Assembly (NCBI GenBank): GCA_043797265.1
Contig: JAZDPV010000012.1
Coordinates: 58,016-122,015 of the forward strand
DNA length: 64,000 nt
Direction of reading: 5' to 3'
DNA from: an archaeon
Lineage (GTDB): Archaea; Nanobdellota; Nanobdellia; Pacearchaeales; GW2011-AR1
This document shows, piece by piece, positions 60,728 to 64,000 of the stretch. A program made the position numbers and the translations under genes. The stretch's first letter is position 1. Every line of letters starts with the position of its first letter. Under the pieces are notes generated by a model, which saw only the letters and a list, made by a program, of their open reading frames with translations, was not told the DNA's origin and searched no databases.

Positions 60728-61147
60728 TCAACAACCAGAACCAAAATACTTTCTCATTTTTTGAACAGCATCCTTGACTTCAGAAATATTTTTTTCGTCA
60801 GTCATCTCGCACTTTGAATATTCTATAATCGGCCGTATAGACTGAATTTTATCTCCAAACTTGTCCATCCAATCATACCTCGGAAAAATCCACAAATGAA
60901 ATAATTTATGATGGGTGCTCTCGTCCTGAAAAAAATAAACTTCATTGATACCAAGAACTTCTTTCATCCCTTTTCTCAACTTAAAAACTAACTCAAAAAA
61001 TTCCTTCCTCTCATCGTCGTCAAAATCCAATAGCGACACTCTTTTCTTTACAGAGGCAACAATAAAAAAACCCGGAATCGGAACATCCCAATCCTGATGA
61101 ACATCAAAATTCTCAGTAACAATAATTTTCTCGTTAGGAAATAACAT
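60728..61147 (-). CDS. HIT family protein
   Basis: QDW.VPIPGF, FQ.E...HLWIFPRY.WM. Confidence 0.8.
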   Translation of the reverse strand: MLFPNEKIIVTENFDVHQDWDVPIPGFFIVASVKKRVSLLDFDDDERKEFFELVFKLRKGMKEVLGINEVYFFQDESTHHKLFHLWIFPRYDWMDKFGDKIQSIRPIIEYSKCEMTDEKNISEVKDAVQKMRKYFGSGC

Positions 61148-61180
61148 AAAATCCTACCAAAAACCAAATTAATAAATCTT

Positions 61181-61657
61181 TCAGTAAAACCTAAACTTCC
61201 CGCACAATTCCCAAACCTTTTCCCAAATTTTCTTTTTCAATTCAGCGTCCCTATAATTCTCTATCACATCCGCAATCCAATTCCCAACGACAACCATCTC
61301 ACCATCCTTCATTCCCATCGTCGTCAAAATCGGAGTTCCAAGTCGAATTCCCGACGGCTTAAACGGAGTCGAAGGGTCAAGGGGAATCGTATTCGCATTA
61401 ACAACAATCCCCTTCGAAGCAGACCTATCCTCCGCATAAAAAATCGAAGCCAATCTCGCATCGACATCATTCGCCGGACCAAACTCCCCGTCAAGATACC
61501 TCCGAACAATTTTCCCCGTCGGCGTCAAATAATTCGGAAAATCCAAAGTCACAACCCCGCGATTCATCGACCACAACTTCTCAATCAATAAATTAATTTG
61601 AGTCGACTTCCCAGAACAATCCGTCCCTTCAAAGACAACCAATTTTCCCCTATTCAT
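61181..61657 (-). pseudogene. chimera: N-terminal half of dTMP kinase fused to C-terminal tail of serine hydroxymethyltransferase
   Basis: FEGTDCSGKSTQ...FPNY.TPTG...YAEDR (Tmk), then GIVVNANTIP.DP..PF.PSGIRLGTP..TT.GM (GlyA). Confidence 0.85.
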
Positions 61658-62808
61658 ATTACCCTATCAATCGCATGCTTAGCGCCAAAACTACATCCCC
61701 CTTTTTTACATCCGTCTTTAGACACAATACAACTTGCCCCTCTTAATTTTCCCATCTTGGGAACTTGCTCTGAATATCGTTTCAATAAACCATCCATAAC
61801 CCGGACTATCTCAAGTTGAGCAAGTCCACAATTTCTTTCTCTTAACTTCATCTCCAAATCCTCTCGAAGCCCTCTTTCTGCAACTTTTAACAACTGCGCT
61901 TGTGGGAAATCTCTTTCGGCAACATTCTCCAAATCCGAACACCACTCATTAGATAAATCTTCCGTTTGAATAATCGGAGGAACAAAAAATCCCATCGAAG
62001 CCCCCTCGTCCCATCCATCAACAATATGATTATGAATCGCCCTATGTCGATGATTCTGCGCCAAGCAAGCAAAACTCATCACCAAATTAGCTGAATAAAC
62101 ACTCTCTCCAAAATGTTCTTCAACCTCGTCGCCAAATAATTTCACACCTCTATAAGATTTATCTTCAAGCCCATTAATTCTGAATCTCTTAACAACCTCC
62201 GACGCCAAAAAAGGAATCATCCCTTCCCTAAACAATCTCTGCTTAAACCCATCACCACGAATCTCACCCTCAAACTTTTCAAAATTATCAGCCAAAATAT
62301 TTAATTGCCTCAAAGAAATCGTATACCCCATTTTCGTCGGCGTAAAAACACTCGTCATATAACGCGCATTCTCCTGAGCAAGTTTTCTAATTTTCACATC
62401 CCTGCCATCGACGATAGGAAAAACTTCGCCAATTCTATCAACAAAAATTCCCATCCATTTATCATATACAACTTCTTGTCTCTCAGACATTCCCTCCATT
62501 GCCGTATACCTCGCAGATTTCTCAGAAGTAGCAAGCGGAGGTTCATTATTCAAAACCATTGCCATCACCTTCGGCAAACCATCCAAATACAAACTCACAT
62601 TAAAATGATCAAAAACACTGTGATGCCCACTTTTAATTAATCTCTCATCAACCAACCCAGAATTATACCCCTCCTTCCTAATCTCACCAAAACTATTCGA
62701 AGCATAACAAACTCTCGCAAAATTCTGGCAATATCTTTTCGCACCCTCTAAAGTCGAAATCACATTCGGCGTACCAACAACATCAATCCTCATCCCCAAA
62801 CTCAACAT
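61654..62808 (-). CDS. thyX: FAD-dependent thymidylate synthase-like protein (long, two-domain ThyX)
   Basis: ARVCY, GHHSVFDH, SEKSARYT, AQENARY, LAQNHRHR, RERNCGLAQLEI. Confidence 0.82.
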   Translation of the reverse strand: MLSLGMRIDVVGTPNVISTLEGAKRYCQNFARVCYASNSFGEIRKEGYNSGLVDERLIKSGHHSVFDHFNVSLYLDGLPKVMAMVLNNEPPLATSEKSARYTAMEGMSERQEVVYDKWMGIFVDRIGEVFPIVDGRDVKIRKLAQENARYMTSVFTPTKMGYTISLRQLNILADNFEKFEGEIRGDGFKQRLFREGMIPFLASEVVKRFRINGLEDKSYRGVKLFGDEVEEHFGESVYSANLVMSFACLAQNHRHRAIHNHIVDGWDEGASMGFFVPPIIQTEDLSNEWCSDLENVAERDFPQAQLLKVAERGLREDLEMKLRERNCGLAQLEIVRVMDGLLKRYSEQVPKMGKLRGASCIVSKDGCKKGGCSFGAKHAIDRVI

Positions 62809-62846
62809 CCAACCTTAATAAAAAAATATATTCTCTAATATATACA

Positions 62847-63692
62847 TCACAAGCACTCGAAAATCTTGCACGCATTACAAACTCTCCCGCTCGCCGGCTC
62901 CTCGCACTTCTCACAATTCCTCATTTCCTTATCCTCAACCTTCAAATTTAAATTCAAAAAACCTTCAACAATTTTCAACTTCTCAGCGTCACTAATTTCC
63001 TTCATCCAATCCCGCGTCTCAACTCGATAAGTCCCAAACGCACACGGACATTTATCATACAAAATATCAAACTTCTTCGCCTTCGCGAACTTCCTAATCT
63101 CCAACTCCGGCACAAAAAACAACGGCTTAACTCTCTGCACAAACCCACTTTTCGAAATCGACAGATTTCGAAAACCTCTCCCATCCTCTCCCATCCTCTC
63201 CCACCCCGTTTTGGGCGTACTCCTCGCGCCCAAAAACAAATTCCCTTTCAAAAAATTCATCAAAACATTTTGACATTCATCGTCGAGATTATGCCCCATC
63301 ACCAACTTATCCGCCCCCAACTTTTTCGCCCACCGATTCAAAACCCACCGCTTCACCGTCCCACAAACCGAACACCCCGTCAACCCCTTCTTCTTTTTCA
63401 AAACAGCCTTGATAAAACAAATCCCCTGCCCCAACTCCGCCTTCAAATCAACAATCGTCAACGGCACATCCAACTCCCCGCAAAACTTTTTCATATTCTC
63501 ATTATGAATCTTGCTCCACTCGCCAAGCCCCAAGTCAATCATCAACCCCGAAACATCATAGCCCAACTTCTTCAAAATATACAACACCGACGTCGAATCC
63601 TTCCCACCCGACAACGCCACCAAAACCTTGTCCGACTTTTCCAACAACCCGTACTTCCCAATCGTCTCGACAACTTTCTTTTCAACATTCAT
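62847..63692 (-). CDS. tRNA 2-thiolation PP-loop protein (TtuA/Ncs6 family)
   Basis: SGGKDS, CSVCG, GHNLDD, RVKPL, CP, C-terminal CxxC...CxxC. Confidence 0.9.
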   Translation of the reverse strand: MNVEKKVVETIGKYGLLEKSDKVLVALSGGKDSTSVLYILKKLGYDVSGLMIDLGLGEWSKIHNENMKKFCGELDVPLTIVDLKAELGQGICFIKAVLKKKKGLTGCSVCGTVKRWVLNRWAKKLGADKLVMGHNLDDECQNVLMNFLKGNLFLGARSTPKTGWERMGEDGRGFRNLSISKSGFVQRVKPLFFVPELEIRKFAKAKKFDILYDKCPCAFGTYRVETRDWMKEISDAEKLKIVEGFLNLNLKVEDKEMRNCEKCEEPASGRVCNACKIFECL

Positions 63693-63873
63693 AGACAAAT
63701 CTCTGATTTGTCTCCGCGTTTTCCCAACGGGAAAACAAGACAATCTTCTTCTTGTGTCCCATAAATTAATTATCATAAACCAAAAAAGAAAACACTCTTT
63801 TTATTAATTACTAAACCCATCCCAAAATTTCTCAACCCCACACCCTCTCCCCGCAAATTAATTTTCCCAAACT

Positions 63874-64000
63874 CCCGCGCCCCGCGCGGGGCGGCGAAGC
63901 CGCCGTAAATCCGAGAACCGAAGGTTCTCCAAAATCCCCTCCCTGCTCCAATTTCCCCTCCCTGCCCCAATTTCCCCTCCCTGCTCCAAAATCCCCTCCC
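63874..64000 (+). repeat. hairpin head + 19-bp C-rich tandem repeats (runs off window end)
   Basis: Head nearly identical to 43833; tail units ccaa(a/t)(a/t)tcccctccctgc(t/c). Confidence 0.92.

Noticed and set aside
1-64000. Transposase, integrase, reverse transcriptase/DGR or prophage genes; rRNA
   Set aside because: No ORF carries the diagnostic motifs and no rRNA-like sequence was seen; any enzyme acting on the repeats must be encoded elsewhere

Overview
Archaeal chromosomal segment, most likely from a small-genome DPANN lineage. The Pacearchaeota-like assignment is inferred from the fused RpoA'A'', single-chain RpoB, bacterial-type DisA/GyrB/NrdR and streamlined gene set. It is mostly housekeeping: gyrB (partial), rpl7ae-rps28e-rpl24e, kae1, disA-DHH, dys, proS, dph5, ileS, argS, ABCE1/RLI, a copper-export cluster, rnhB, an SMC-family ATPase, nfo, dnaG, the rpoH-rpoB-rpoA-rpl30e-nusA-rps12-rps7-EF2-EF1a cluster, four tRNAs (one with a BHB intron), and a deoxynucleotide/thymidylate cluster (dCMP deaminase, MtrA-like-ThyA-DUF4346 fusion, kinase-Dcd fusion, dut, split class III RNR, nrdR with NrdR boxes, tmk-glyA chimera, ThyX). 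The most unusual layer is small DNA insertions with no transposase, integrase or RT in the window. (1) Two different tRNA genes are each followed by a ~110-bp unit made of an inverted copy of that tRNA's own T-arm, a shared hairpin core placed at the T-loop, and a duplicated tRNA 3' end. (2) Arrays of heptamers alternate with C-GAA-G mini-hairpin cassettes; one array frameshifts ileS. (3) 7-mer and 10-mer tandem repeats are inserted in frame in essential genes, nearly all in one strand orientation. (4) Toxin-antitoxin/orphan genes are flanked by degenerate duplications of a neighbouring gene's terminus. Several ORF breaks (smc TAA pair, two A6 frameshifts) may be sequencing errors.
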